From: Pseudonocardiaceae bacterium
GTDB taxonomy: Bacteria > Actinomycetota > Actinomycetes > Mycobacteriales > Pseudonocardiaceae
Length of the DNA stretch: 64,000 nt
Assembly (NCBI GenBank): GCA_035606945.1
Contig: DATNDR010000086.1
Coordinates: forward strand, 9,145-73,144
Direction: 5' to 3'
The stretch's first letter is position 1. Each line of letters opens with the position of its first letter. The position numbers were made by a program, and so were the translations under genes. Below the pieces are notes generated by a model. That model saw only the letters and a list, made by a program, of their open reading frames with translations, made no database searches and was not told where the DNA came from. Positions 9,137 to 18,551 of the stretch are shown here, in pieces.

Positions 9137-10939
9137 GTGCCCGAGCTGGCTGCATTCATCGTGACCATCGCTGCGATGGTCGTGGTTGCCGCGGTCACCA
9201 TGGTTGCCGGCCTTTACGGGGCCAAGGCACGAGCAACCTCGAATTTCCTGGAGGCCGCCCGGACACTGGGCCCGCGCTGGAACGCCGCGGCAATCTCCGG
9301 GCAGTACCTGTCCGCGGCGTCGTTCCTCGGGGTCGCCGGGCTGGTGCTCAAGGGTGGGGTCGACGCGCTGTGGTACCCGCTCGGGTTCACCGCGGGTTAT
9401 CTGGCGTTGCTGCTGTTCGTGGCAGCGCCGCTGCGCCGCTCCGGCGCCTACACGCTGCCCGACTTCGCCGAGGTGCGGTTGGGCTCAGAACGGCTGCGCC
9501 GGATCTGCACCGCCTTCGTGATCATCGTCGGCTGGCTCTACCTGGTGCCGCAGCTGCAAGGCGCCGGGCTCACCCTGCAGGAGGTGGCGAACCAGCCGAA
9601 ATGGGTCGGCGCGGCGGTGGTCATGGTGATCGTGACGTTCAACATCTACACGGGGTGGATGCGCTCGATCACCATCGTGCAGGCGTTCCAGTACTGGATC
9701 AAGCTGACCGCGCTGGCCATCCCGGTGTTCGTACTACTGATCCACTACGCCGGGGATCATCAAACGGCGCGCAGCTCGCTCGGTGCCCCGCAACCCGCCT
9801 TCCCGGTTGGCAGAGACATCAATCCGGATCGCAACATCGTGCTCAAAGTCACCGAGCCGACGCGGGTCACGGTAGACGGCAAACAAGACGACCAGCCCAC
9901 GCACGGGCCGGTCGTCTGGCCACCCGGCGAGCACAAGGTGGGCAAAGGCACCACCGTGCACTTCGACGCGGGCAGCCGGATACCGGTGACCAGCGATGCC
10001 GCCGCCGACTACAGCGCCTGGCTGCGACCGATGGGCGCCGGCAAACACCCGCTACTGGCCACCTACTCGCTCATCGTCGCGCTGTTGCTGGGCACCATGG
10101 GCCTGCCCCATATCCTGGGCCGCTACTACACCGATCCCGACGGGACGGCGGCACGCCGCACCACGCTCCTGGTACTGGCGCTGCTGGGGATCTTCTACCT
10201 GTTCCCGATCGTGTCCGGCTGGCTTGCTCGACTGTACGTTCCTCGACTGCTGGCCGAGGGCAACACCGACGCCGCGCTGCTGGACCTGCCCGGTGCGGCG
10301 CTGGGCATCCACACCGTGCCGGGGCTGCTGCTCGGCGGGTTGATCGCGGCCGGGGCGTTCGCCGCGTTCGTCTCCGCCGCCACCGGGCTGGTGCTCAGCG
10401 TTGCCGGGGTGCTGTCCACCGACGTACTACCCGGCCGGCTGCGCGGCTTCCGGGCGGCCACGATAGCTGCCTGGTCGGTCCCGCTGGCATTCATGCTCGC
10501 GGTCTCGTCGCTGGACCTGGCCCAAGGCGTCGGGCTGGCCTTCGCGGTGGCCGCCTCGTCGTTCTGCCCGCTGCTGGTGTTGGGCATCTGGTGGCGGGGG
10601 TTGACCGACGCCGGCGCGGCGGCCGGCATCCTGCTGGGCGGCGGCCTGGCGTTCGCCGCGGTGCTGCCGGCCGCAGCCGGCGTGCTGCCGCCCGACTGGC
10701 AGGCCCTGCTGGCGCAGCCCGCCGTGTTCACGGTGCCGCTGGCATTTCTGACCATGGTGGTGGTGAGCCGGCGAACCAGCGACCGGGTTCCGGCGGACGT
10801 CTCGCGTATCTTGCTGCGGCTGCACGCACCGGATCGGTTGGGATTGTCCGAGGACCGGGACTCTGGCCAGCTTCCCGGCCGGCCCGGGATGGCCGCGGCG
10901 GCGCTGCCCCGGATGCGCGGTGGTCGTCACCGCCGGTAG
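9137..10939 (+). CDS. solute:sodium symporter (SSS) family transporter
   Basis: 600 aa and multi-TM. SSS signature region is ISGQYLSAASFLGVAGLVL...GFTAGYLALLLFVAAPLRRSGAYTLPDF. It contains an ~100-aa hydrophilic insert between helices (HYAGDHQTARSS...AWLRPMGAGKH). Confidence 0.8.
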   Translation: MPELAAFIVTIAAMVVVAAVTMVAGLYGAKARATSNFLEAARTLGPRWNAAAISGQYLSAASFLGVAGLVLKGGVDALWYPLGFTAGYLALLLFVAAPLRRSGAYTLPDFAEVRLGSERLRRICTAFVIIVGWLYLVPQLQGAGLTLQEVANQPKWVGAAVVMVIVTFNIYTGWMRSITIVQAFQYWIKLTALAIPVFVLLIHYAGDHQTARSSLGAPQPAFPVGRDINPDRNIVLKVTEPTRVTVDGKQDDQPTHGPVVWPPGEHKVGKGTTVHFDAGSRIPVTSDAAADYSAWLRPMGAGKHPLLATYSLIVALLLGTMGLPHILGRYYTDPDGTAARRTTLLVLALLGIFYLFPIVSGWLARLYVPRLLAEGNTDAALLDLPGAALGIHTVPGLLLGGLIAAGAFAAFVSAATGLVLSVAGVLSTDVLPGRLRGFRAATIAAWSVPLAFMLAVSSLDLAQGVGLAFAVAASSFCPLLVLGIWWRGLTDAGAAAGILLGGGLAFAAVLPAAAGVLPPDWQALLAQPAVFTVPLAFLTMVVVSRRTSDRVPADVSRILLRLHAPDRLGLSEDRDSGQLPGRPGMAAAALPRMRGGRHRR

Positions 10940-11169
10940 ACGCAAACCACACTGGCCACATGCGTCGCGTCCGGGACGGGAGACCAACCCGTCGTCGATG
11001 ACAGTCAGTAACTGCTTTGACCGGTGTCACCTTCCGGTGCACGGTCGTCAACGGCGAGCTACTAGGGTGTCGGCGGTCTTGGCGACGCACCTTGCACCCG
11101 CTCGGTCGTCTTGTCCACCAGACACGCCGGTTAAGCCGGCGATTACGTCACCGCTGTGGAGGTGTCTGC

Positions 11170-11523
11170 GTGAGCACCACCGAGCCTGCCGGCGCTATCG
11201 GCACCGGGCGCCCAACAGATCCCTGGACCGCCGCCCATGCCAGCGCGGAGTTCGCCGGCCTGCGCATGCGGCTCCGTGGATTCGTCTTCCCGATGACCGC
11301 GTTCTTCCTGTCCTGGTATTTCCTGTATGTCCTGCTCGCGGCATTCGCGCCGCATTTCATGGCCATCAAGGTCGTCGGCAACATCAATATCGGGTTGATC
11401 TTCGGTCTGCTGCAGTTCGTCTCCACGTTCGCGATCACGACGATCTATGTGCGATTCGCCAACCGATACCTCGACCCGGTCAGCACCCGGATCCGCGAGC
11501 AGGTCGAAGGGGGTGCCTGGTGA
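11170..11523 (+). CDS. DUF485 (YjcH-like) membrane protein
   Basis: GTG 11170, two TM helices (FPMTAFFLSWYFLYVLLAAF and IGLIFGLLQFVSTFAITTIYVRFAN). Its stop overlaps the next gene's start (GTGA). This matches the E. coli yjcH-actP arrangement. Confidence 0.75.
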   Translation: MSTTEPAGAIGTGRPTDPWTAAHASAEFAGLRMRLRGFVFPMTAFFLSWYFLYVLLAAFAPHFMAIKVVGNINIGLIFGLLQFVSTFAITTIYVRFANRYLDPVSTRIREQVEGGAW

Positions 11524-14321
11524 CCACAGCGTTAGTAGCGCTAGCCCAGGACACCGTCGGCCGGCCGCTGCTCAACGGCGGCATCTTCCTGTTCTTCGTG
11601 CTGGTCACCCTGGTCATCGTGTTCCGCGCGGCACGCCGCACCCGTACCGCCGCGGACTACTACGCCGCGGGCCGGACGTTCACCGGCCCGCAGAACGGGA
11701 TCGCCATCTCCGGCGACTACTTGTCCGCGGCGTCGTTTCTGGGCATCGCCGGTGCGATCGCGGTATTCGGCTACGACGGTTTCCTCTACTCGATCGGCTT
11801 TCTGGTCGCCTGGCTGGTAGCCCTGCTGCTGGTCGCCGAGCTGCTGCGCAACACCGGCAAGTTCACCATGGGCGACGTGCTCAGCTACCGGATGCGCCGC
11901 AGCCCGGTTCGCGCGGCCGCAGCGGTATCGACCTTGGTGGTGTCGCTGTTCTACCTGCTGGCCCAGATGGCCGGCGCCGGTGGTCTGGTCGCGCTGCTGC
12001 TCGACGTCAAGAGCACTTCGGGCCAGGCGCTGGTGGTCGCGGTGGTCGGGCTGTTGATGATCTTCTATGTGCTGGTCGGGGGGATGCGCGGCACCACCTG
12101 GGTGCAGATCGCCAAGGCCGCGTTACTGATCATCGGTGCAGGCATGCTGACCGCCTGGGCGCTGGGCGCCTTCGGACTCAACCTGTCCGCCATGCTGGGC
12201 GAGGCGGCGGCCCGCTCGTCCCACGGGCAGGCCGTGCTCGCTCCGGGTCTGCAATACGGCAAGAGCACCACAACCAAGATTGACTTCGTGTCATTGGGGC
12301 TGGCCCTGGTGCTGGGCACTGCGGGCCTGCCGCACATCCTGATGCGCTTCTACACGGTGCCCTCTGCCAAAGAGGCCCGCCGTACGGTGGTCTGGGCGAT
12401 CTGGCTGATCGGCGTGTTCTACCTGTTCTCCCTGGTGATCGGCTACGCCGCGGCGGCCATGGTGGACGGCGGTCCAGCGCGGATCGCCGCGATGCCCGGC
12501 GGGGAGAACTCCGCGGCGCCACTGCTGGCGTATCAGCTCGGCGGTGAGATTTTCCTAGGCTTCATCTCAGCGGTGGCCTTCGCCACCATCCTCGCGGTGG
12601 TGGCCGGCCTGACGATCACTGCGTCGGCGTCGTTCGCGCACGACGTCTACGCCAACGTGATCAAGCGAGGCAACCTGGATGCGGACAGCGAGGTGCGGGT
12701 CGCCCGCATCACCGCATGCGCCATCGGCGCCCTGGCGGTGCTCGGTGGCATCGCTGCGCTGGGCCAGAACGTCGCCTTCCTGGTGGCACTGGCCTTCGCG
12801 GTGGCGGCCTCGGCGAACCTGCCGACTATCCTTTATTCGCTGTTCTGGAAGCGGTTCAACACCACCGGCGTGCTGTGGAGCATGTACGGCGGCTTGATCA
12901 GCTGCGTTTTGTTGATTTTCTTCTCGCCGGCCGTGTCGGGCACCCCGAAGTCGATGTTCCCCAATGTCGACTTCGCGATCTTCCCGCTGAAAAACCCGGC
13001 CCTGGTCTCGGTACCGTTGGCGTTCCTGCTCGGTTATGTCGCCACGGTGCTCAGTCCGAAAGACAGCGCGGACGAGGTCCGTTACGCCGAGATGGAGGTG
13101 CGCGCGCTGACCGGTGCCGGCGCCGAGCGGTCCACCTCCCAGCCAACTCCTCCCCCGGCTCCCCAGCCGCGCCTGCCACAACCCCGGCCGGTGCCCAAAC
13201 CGGTAGGCAGTGATTTCCCCGAACCGACTGTGATACCTGAGATACCGGCCCAGCGCGGGACGAACCGGCGACCGGTCGTCATCGCCGCCGGCGTGCTCAC
13301 CGGTGTGATCATTCTCGCGGTGTCCATCTCCGTGAACCGGGTACTGGCCACGGCACCATCCGAGGCCGCCAAGCCGGCCCAACCGCAACCCGCGGCGGAC
13401 ATCGGACCGGAGGTGGCGATACCTGCACTCGGGCCCACCGTCCAGGTCGGCAAGACTCCCGGCTTCGTCGCGATCTCTCCCAACGGCCGGCAGGCCTACG
13501 TCGCCAACCGCAACGCCCAGGTCGTCACCGTGGTGGACACCGCGGTCAACCAGGTGACCGCTACCATCCCGATCACGGCCGGCCCACCCCAGTTCCTCGC
13601 CTTCGCGCCGGACGGCCGCACGCTCTACGTCACCATCTACAACGACGCGCGAACCGTGCATGTGGTCGACGTGCTCGACACCGCGACGAACACGGTGGTC
13701 GGAACCATCCCGCAACAAGCCCGCCCGTACCTGCCGGCGGTCACCCGCGATGGCAAGCGCCTGTTCATCCCCAACCACGACATCGGTTCGGTGTCGGTGG
13801 TCTCCACCGACACCAACACGGTGATCGCCCAGGTGCCCGTCGCACCCAACCCGCACTCGGTCGCGTTCTCGCGGGACGGCAGCCGGGCTTACACGGCCAA
13901 CCACGAGTCCAACGTGGTGTCAGTGATCGACACCACCACCCTCGAGGTATTGGCGACCATCCCGGTCGGGAGAAGTCCGCACAGCATCGCGGTGCATCCC
14001 AACCTGCCGCTGGTCGCCATCGTCAACTACGACGGCGCCTCTGTGTCGATGATCGACGGCATCACGAACAGGGCGCTGGCGACCATCCCGGTCGGGACTC
14101 ACCCGCAAGACATCGCGTGGGCCCCGGACGGCCGGTTCGCCTACGTGGTCAACGAGGGCACCAACACGGTGTCGGTGATCGATGTCCGGACCAACCGGGT
14201 CACCGCGACCATTCCCACCGGAATCCAGCCGACCAGCATTGCGGTGCTGCCCAACGGTCGCCAGGCATATGTCAGCAACGTCACGGCCGGAACGCTCACC
14301 GTTCTGGACCTCACTGGCTGA
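11520..14321 (+). CDS. cation/acetate symporter ActP-like, fused in frame to Pro-rich linker, TM helix and seven-bladed YVTN beta-propeller
   Basis: GTG 11520 overlaps the DUF485 stop. Residues ~1-535 are ActP-like (ISGDYLSAASFLGIAGAIAVFGYDGFLYSIGF, GLPHILMRFYTV). Then come PTPPPAPQPRLPQPRPVPKP, the TM helix VVIAAGVLTGVIILAVSISV, and 7 repeats of ~42 aa ending ATIP/GTIP/AQVP. There is no stop codon anywhere in between. The supplied ORF start at 10920 is rejected. Confidence 0.75.
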   Translation: MTTALVALAQDTVGRPLLNGGIFLFFVLVTLVIVFRAARRTRTAADYYAAGRTFTGPQNGIAISGDYLSAASFLGIAGAIAVFGYDGFLYSIGFLVAWLVALLLVAELLRNTGKFTMGDVLSYRMRRSPVRAAAAVSTLVVSLFYLLAQMAGAGGLVALLLDVKSTSGQALVVAVVGLLMIFYVLVGGMRGTTWVQIAKAALLIIGAGMLTAWALGAFGLNLSAMLGEAAARSSHGQAVLAPGLQYGKSTTTKIDFVSLGLALVLGTAGLPHILMRFYTVPSAKEARRTVVWAIWLIGVFYLFSLVIGYAAAAMVDGGPARIAAMPGGENSAAPLLAYQLGGEIFLGFISAVAFATILAVVAGLTITASASFAHDVYANVIKRGNLDADSEVRVARITACAIGALAVLGGIAALGQNVAFLVALAFAVAASANLPTILYSLFWKRFNTTGVLWSMYGGLISCVLLIFFSPAVSGTPKSMFPNVDFAIFPLKNPALVSVPLAFLLGYVATVLSPKDSADEVRYAEMEVRALTGAGAERSTSQPTPPPAPQPRLPQPRPVPKPVGSDFPEPTVIPEIPAQRGTNRRPVVIAAGVLTGVIILAVSISVNRVLATAPSEAAKPAQPQPAADIGPEVAIPALGPTVQVGKTPGFVAISPNGRQAYVANRNAQVVTVVDTAVNQVTATIPITAGPPQFLAFAPDGRTLYVTIYNDARTVHVVDVLDTATNTVVGTIPQQARPYLPAVTRDGKRLFIPNHDIGSVSVVSTDTNTVIAQVPVAPNPHSVAFSRDGSRAYTANHESNVVSVIDTTTLEVLATIPVGRSPHSIAVHPNLPLVAIVNYDGASVSMIDGITNRALATIPVGTHPQDIAWAPDGRFAYVVNEGTNTVSVIDVRTNRVTATIPTGIQPTSIAVLPNGRQAYVSNVTAGTLTVLDLTG

Positions 14322-14364
14322 GCTACCCCACCATTCGCCATCAGCTGTGGCACGATTGGCGGCT

Positions 14365-14703
14365 ATGAGCCCCGCAGTGCCAGCTTGCCTGGTCGCCGAA
14401 CTGCCTGCGGACGCCGTACTGCTCGACGTCCGGGAGAACGACGAGTGGGCCGCCGGGCACGCCCCGGCGGCCGTGCACGTGCCGATGGGGCAGGTGACGC
14501 AGCGGCTCGATGAGATCGCCGCCGCGCTGCCCGATCGCCCGGTCCGGGTCGTGTGCCGCTCCGGAGCGCGCTCAGCCCGGGTCACTGCCTATCTCCGGCA
14601 GTCCGGCTGGGACGCGGTGAACGTCGACGGCGGCATGCGCGCGTGGGCTGCCGCCGGCCGCCCGATGGTCACCGACTCAAATGCCGCACCCCGCGTCATC
14701 TAG
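14365..14703 (+). CDS. rhodanese-like single-domain sulfurtransferase
   Basis: ATG 14365, LLDVRENDEWAAGHAP and the active-site loop CRSGARS. Confidence 0.8.
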   Translation: MSPAVPACLVAELPADAVLLDVRENDEWAAGHAPAAVHVPMGQVTQRLDEIAAALPDRPVRVVCRSGARSARVTAYLRQSGWDAVNVDGGMRAWAAAGRPMVTDSNAAPRVI

Positions 14704-14737
14704 CCCCTCCAGCGGGCGCTCCGCCGTTTCCCAAGGG

Positions 14738-15454
14738 ATGGAAACGGGTCGAATAACTCCGCTGAGCCCGCTGAACGTGGACAAGATGCGGGGACTGGCC
14801 GCGGTGGCGGTGCCGTTGTTGGGATTGACGGCGCTGCTGGTGGTGGTGACCGGGGGGGCCGAGACGTGGCGGTATGCGTTACTGCTGGACAGCCGCTTCG
14901 ACGCGGTCCCGGCCGGGCCATTGCACGCCAGCGACGCGCTGGTGGTCACCGGCGGGGTGGTGTCGCTGCTGTCCTCGGTGCTGGCCGGGGCGGTCACCCT
15001 GGGATGGCTGGTGCACGCCAGTACGGCGGCGGCCCAGGCCGCTGCGGTCGCCCGGCCCCGGCCGAGCTGGCAGCTGATCGCCGGGGTGCTGGTGCCGGGG
15101 ATCAACCTGGTGCTGCCCGGCGCAGTGCTCGCCGAGTTGGAGCATGCGGCGCTCGGCCATGATCCGGCCCGCCGGCCGCGTCCGTCATCGCTGGTTCTCG
15201 TTTGGTGGGCGGTGTGGTCGGTCGGGCTGCTGCTGGCCGGAATCACCCTGCTGTGGAACCTGCGCGACGGGGTGCAGGCCCGCGCTGATGGCGTACTGCT
15301 GCACGTGGCCACCGACCTGTGCGCCGGGATCGTCGCGGTCGCCACGATCGTCGTGGTGCGGCGGCTGACCCGGCTGCTCAGCCCGGCGCAACTGGTCGGC
15401 GCTCGCCGGATGATGGTGGTGCGCGTACCCGGTGGTTCCCGATTGAGCGGATGA
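14738..15454 (+). CDS. DUF4328-like membrane protein
   Basis: Several TM helices with a WWAVWSVGLLLAG-type segment, consistent with DUF4328. The start is uncertain (14681, 14738 or later). Confidence 0.5.
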   Translation: METGRITPLSPLNVDKMRGLAAVAVPLLGLTALLVVVTGGAETWRYALLLDSRFDAVPAGPLHASDALVVTGGVVSLLSSVLAGAVTLGWLVHASTAAAQAAAVARPRPSWQLIAGVLVPGINLVLPGAVLAELEHAALGHDPARRPRPSSLVLVWWAVWSVGLLLAGITLLWNLRDGVQARADGVLLHVATDLCAGIVAVATIVVVRRLTRLLSPAQLVGARRMMVVRVPGGSRLSG

Positions 15455-16257
15455 GTCGCATGCGCTGGTCGGTCCCGCGGGTGGTGGCGCACCGGGGGGC
15501 GTCGGCGGAGGCGGCCGAACACACCCTGCCCGCCTACGTGCTCGCTCTCGAGCAGGGCGCTGACGGCCTGGAGTGTGACGTCCGGATGACCCGCGATGGG
15601 CACCTGGTGTGTATCCATGACAGCCGGATCGACCGCACGTCCACCGGACGCGGCCCGGTCAGCGCGTACGACCTGGCGATGCTGGCCGCGTACGACTTCG
15701 GCGGGTGGCGCGACGACCTGAACACTGATGGCGCGACCGCTGGCCTGGTGCGGCCACGTGTTGGTGTGCTCACCCTGGCACAGCTGCTCGGTCTTCTCGC
15801 GGACTGGCCGGACCCGGTGCAGCTGTTCATCGAGACCAAACATCCGGCGTCGCAGGGCGGGTTGGTCGAGGCCACCTTGGTGACTCTGCTCACCGAGCAC
15901 GGTCTGGCCGCCCCGAAATCGCGGCACGATTCCCCGGTAGTGATCATGTCGTTCTCGGCCAAGGCGTTGCGGCGGGTCCGCGCCGCAGCGCCGCAGCTGC
16001 CCACCGTGGCGTTGCTGCCCACGTTGGGCGGTGTTCGCTCCGGCGAGCTGCCTCCCTGGGCGGACATCGCCGGACCCCGCTTCGGTGCGCTGCAGGCCGA
16101 TCCCGGCTTCGTGCTGAGGGCTGCGGCGCACGGGCATCCGATCTACTGCTGGACCATCGACGAGCCCGACGAGGTGGCACTGTGCGCCGAACTCGGCGTC
16201 GCCTACCTGGCGACCAATCGGCCAGGAGCCGCTGTGCGGCAGCTGAGCGGGTCCTGA
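15451..16257 (+). CDS. glycerophosphodiester phosphodiesterase (GlpQ/UgpQ family)
   Basis: ATG 15451 overlaps the upstream stop (ATGA). It has VVAHRGASAEAAEHTLPAY, LECDVRMTRDGHLVCIHD and FIETKHP motifs. Confidence 0.85.
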   Translation: MSRMRWSVPRVVAHRGASAEAAEHTLPAYVLALEQGADGLECDVRMTRDGHLVCIHDSRIDRTSTGRGPVSAYDLAMLAAYDFGGWRDDLNTDGATAGLVRPRVGVLTLAQLLGLLADWPDPVQLFIETKHPASQGGLVEATLVTLLTEHGLAAPKSRHDSPVVIMSFSAKALRRVRAAAPQLPTVALLPTLGGVRSGELPPWADIAGPRFGALQADPGFVLRAAAHGHPIYCWTIDEPDEVALCAELGVAYLATNRPGAAVRQLSGS

Positions 16258-16279
16258 GCGGACGCGATAGCGTCCACCC

Positions 16280-17230
16280 GTGACAAAAACCAAGAACCGC
16301 CCTTCGACGCACGGCTCCGCCGGTCAGATCAATCCTCGCCAGGCCTGCCCGTGCGGATCGGGCAAGAGGTACAAGGCCTGCCATGGTGATCCTGGTGGCA
16401 CCCGGGACGTCATCGTCAGTCGCCCGTTCGAAGGGCTCGCCGCCGAGCGCCAGCTGATCGCATTACGCGAGTTCGTGCCCTCGGCGACCGCGCCGTTACC
16501 GCTGGCGCAGCCGGGCGATCGGGACGTCACACTGGCCTCGTTGCTGCCGGGGGCGGCGGCCGGGGTCGTGCGTCCGGACGGCACGGCGCTGGTCGCCATG
16601 CAGGTGCTGACCCGTTCCGGGGACCTGTCGCGGGATGTCGGGCGGGCGGTGCGCTGGGCGCAGAGCGCAACGCCCGGCTCCGTGCTACCGGTGACCGATA
16701 CCACGGCCGACGGCGAGCAGGTCCGGCTCCAGGATCTGCTGCGCCCGGACGCCGTTCTCGAGATCACCATGTATCCCGACTTCGCCTGGTGGGTGCCCGG
16801 CGAGTCCCCCACCGGTGACGCGGCAGCCGCGTTGAAGCAGGCGAACGAGGCGATCATGCCGACCGAGCCGGTCACCGGAACGGGGGTTGAGGTGGCCTAC
16901 TGGACCGATGCCGGGGAGAAGGCGCATCTGCGATGGATCCGCCAGGAACCCGAAGAGCAGCTACTCGCCGCGCTGGCCCGGCTGGCCGCGCGCGAAGAGC
17001 TGGACCTAGGTGCGGGTTCCCGCTTCGCCGGCTCGTTTCGCGCCCACGGGGTGCTGGTCCCGGTGTGGGACTTGGACCGCGAGCAGCATGCCCGCGAATG
17101 GACAACCCCCGCGGAGTCCTTCGCCCAGCGCCTCACCCAGGCTCTTTCCTCACTGCCCAGCACCCCCCTCACCGACCCCGAACGCCGCGCCCTGCGCGCC
17201 CTGCACAGCCGCCAGCTCACCCTGCGCTGA
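16280..17230 (+). CDS. SEC-C motif / DUF5926 family protein
   Basis: N-terminal CPCGSGKRYKACHG SEC-C metal-binding motif, followed by a ~280-aa conserved actinobacterial domain. Confidence 0.7.
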   Translation: MTKTKNRPSTHGSAGQINPRQACPCGSGKRYKACHGDPGGTRDVIVSRPFEGLAAERQLIALREFVPSATAPLPLAQPGDRDVTLASLLPGAAAGVVRPDGTALVAMQVLTRSGDLSRDVGRAVRWAQSATPGSVLPVTDTTADGEQVRLQDLLRPDAVLEITMYPDFAWWVPGESPTGDAAAALKQANEAIMPTEPVTGTGVEVAYWTDAGEKAHLRWIRQEPEEQLLAALARLAAREELDLGAGSRFAGSFRAHGVLVPVWDLDREQHAREWTTPAESFAQRLTQALSSLPSTPLTDPERRALRALHSRQLTLR

Positions 17231-17240
17231 CCCACCCCTC

Positions 17241-17270
17241 CACCCCGATATGTCTCCATATCGGGGTTAG
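17241..17270. repeat. single-arm copy of the palindromic 'CCCCGATATGTCTCCAT' element
   Basis: CACCCCGATATGTCTCCATATCGGGGTTAG. It folds as CCCCGATAT / ATATCGGGG with loop GTCTCC, lies between convergent genes and overlaps the stop of the CPBP gene. Confidence 0.8.
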
Positions 17271-18088
17271 GGGAGCCAGCTGAGGTGGCCGTGGAGGAGG
17301 GCGTAGCCGACGAAGGCGGCGACGTCGATGAGGGAGTGGGCGGTGATGAGGGGGTAGAGGCGGTGGGTGCGTTGCCAGCTGCGGCCGAAGACCAGGCCCA
17401 TCACCAGGTTGCCTACGAACCCGCCGAAACCCTGGTAGAGGTGGTAGCTACCGCGCAGGGCCGCGCTGGCCAGTAGGGCGGTGCCCTCGCCCGATCCCAG
17501 CTGGCGTAACCGCGTGATCAGGTATCCGACCACGAGGACTTCCTCGGCCAGCGCGTTGGCCACCGCCGCGCCAACCAGCACCGGGACCCGCCACCAGGTG
17601 TCGCCCAACGCCGACGGCAGCACGGTGAGGTTCAGGCCGGCGGCTCGGGCCAGCAGGTACAGCCCCAACCCTGGCCCGCCGATCAGTGCCGCAAGAACGG
17701 CACCCAACCCGATGTCCCGCGCCGCCGGTCGGCGGTACAGACCGATGGTGCGCAGGCCGATGCCACTGCGCCACAGCAGGTAACCGCCCAGACCGGCCCA
17801 CGCCAGCAGTTGGATCATCCCGGCGAGCTGGTAGAACAAGTCGAGCAGCGCAACCTTGCGCACCGGCGCATTGATCGCCACCGACTGACCGGCCAGCGAA
17901 CCCGGGGCGAGCAACGCGTCCACCAGCGCCAGCAGGCTCCGCAACCCCGACAGCCCCAGCGTCACCGCCAGGACCAGGACAACCTCGACGACCAGAGCAC
18001 GACGTTGCCCGGGGTCCGTGACGACCGTAGGCTGCGCCGGACGCGGGAGGGCCAGCCAGCTTCGCAACCCCACCCCGCGCGCGTTCAC
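17267..18088 (-). CDS. CPBP family intramembrane glutamic endopeptidase (CAAX protease-like)
   Basis: GTG at 18088 chosen (VNARGVGLRSW...). Multi-TM, with the EEVLVVGYL (EExxxR-type) motif and the later SYHLYQG / GLVFG histidine motif region. The N-terminal extension of the supplied ORF overlaps the divergent gene. Confidence 0.7.
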   Translation of the reverse strand: MNARGVGLRSWLALPRPAQPTVVTDPGQRRALVVEVVLVLAVTLGLSGLRSLLALVDALLAPGSLAGQSVAINAPVRKVALLDLFYQLAGMIQLLAWAGLGGYLLWRSGIGLRTIGLYRRPAARDIGLGAVLAALIGGPGLGLYLLARAAGLNLTVLPSALGDTWWRVPVLVGAAVANALAEEVLVVGYLITRLRQLGSGEGTALLASAALRGSYHLYQGFGGFVGNLVMGLVFGRSWQRTHRLYPLITAHSLIDVAAFVGYALLHGHLSWLP

Positions 18089-18173
18089 GTCCCCGACGCT
18101 ATCCGCCGCGCCGCGGTCGAGCCTTGGCGACCGCAGCGCGCTCGGCCAGTGGCGCCCCGCGTATCGTGGGCTC

Positions 18174-18551
18174 GTGTGGCGCTTCGTGCTGGCCCGGCGA
18201 TGGTGGGTCGGGCACGTGCTGGTCGTGTTGTGCTGTGGCCTGTTCGTCCGGTTGGGCCGCTGGCAGTGGGATCGGGCGCAGTCACCCACCGGCGGCTGGC
18301 AGAACCTCGGCTACTCGTTGCAATGGCCGCTGTTCGCGGTCGTGCTAGTGGCAGCCTGGATCCGGTTTCTGTGGCTGGAGCGGCATGCGCAAGCCCAGGT
18401 TCGCAGCGATGAGCCCAGCCCTGCACCGGATTTCACTGCACCGGTTCCCCGGCGTCCAGACCACCGACCGATCCCGGAGGACGATCCCGACGATGAGCTC
18501 GCCACGTACAACGCCTTCCTCGCCCGGCTCGCTGAACAGGACCGGCAGTAG
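18174..18551 (+). CDS. hypothetical membrane protein
   Basis: GTG 18174 (VWRFVLARRWWVGHVLVVLCCGLFVRLGRWQW), two TM helices and an acidic C-terminal tail. No named domain recognised. Confidence 0.5.
   Translation: MWRFVLARRWWVGHVLVVLCCGLFVRLGRWQWDRAQSPTGGWQNLGYSLQWPLFAVVLVAAWIRFLWLERHAQAQVRSDEPSPAPDFTAPVPRRPDHRPIPEDDPDDELATYNAFLARLAEQDRQ

Noticed and set aside
10920-11519. N-terminal 200 codons of the supplied 1133-aa ORF
   Set aside because: The Arg/Pro-rich translation has no transporter features. It overlaps the well-supported DUF485 gene in another frame, and the ActP homology begins at the GTG at 11520, which is coupled to the DUF485 stop.
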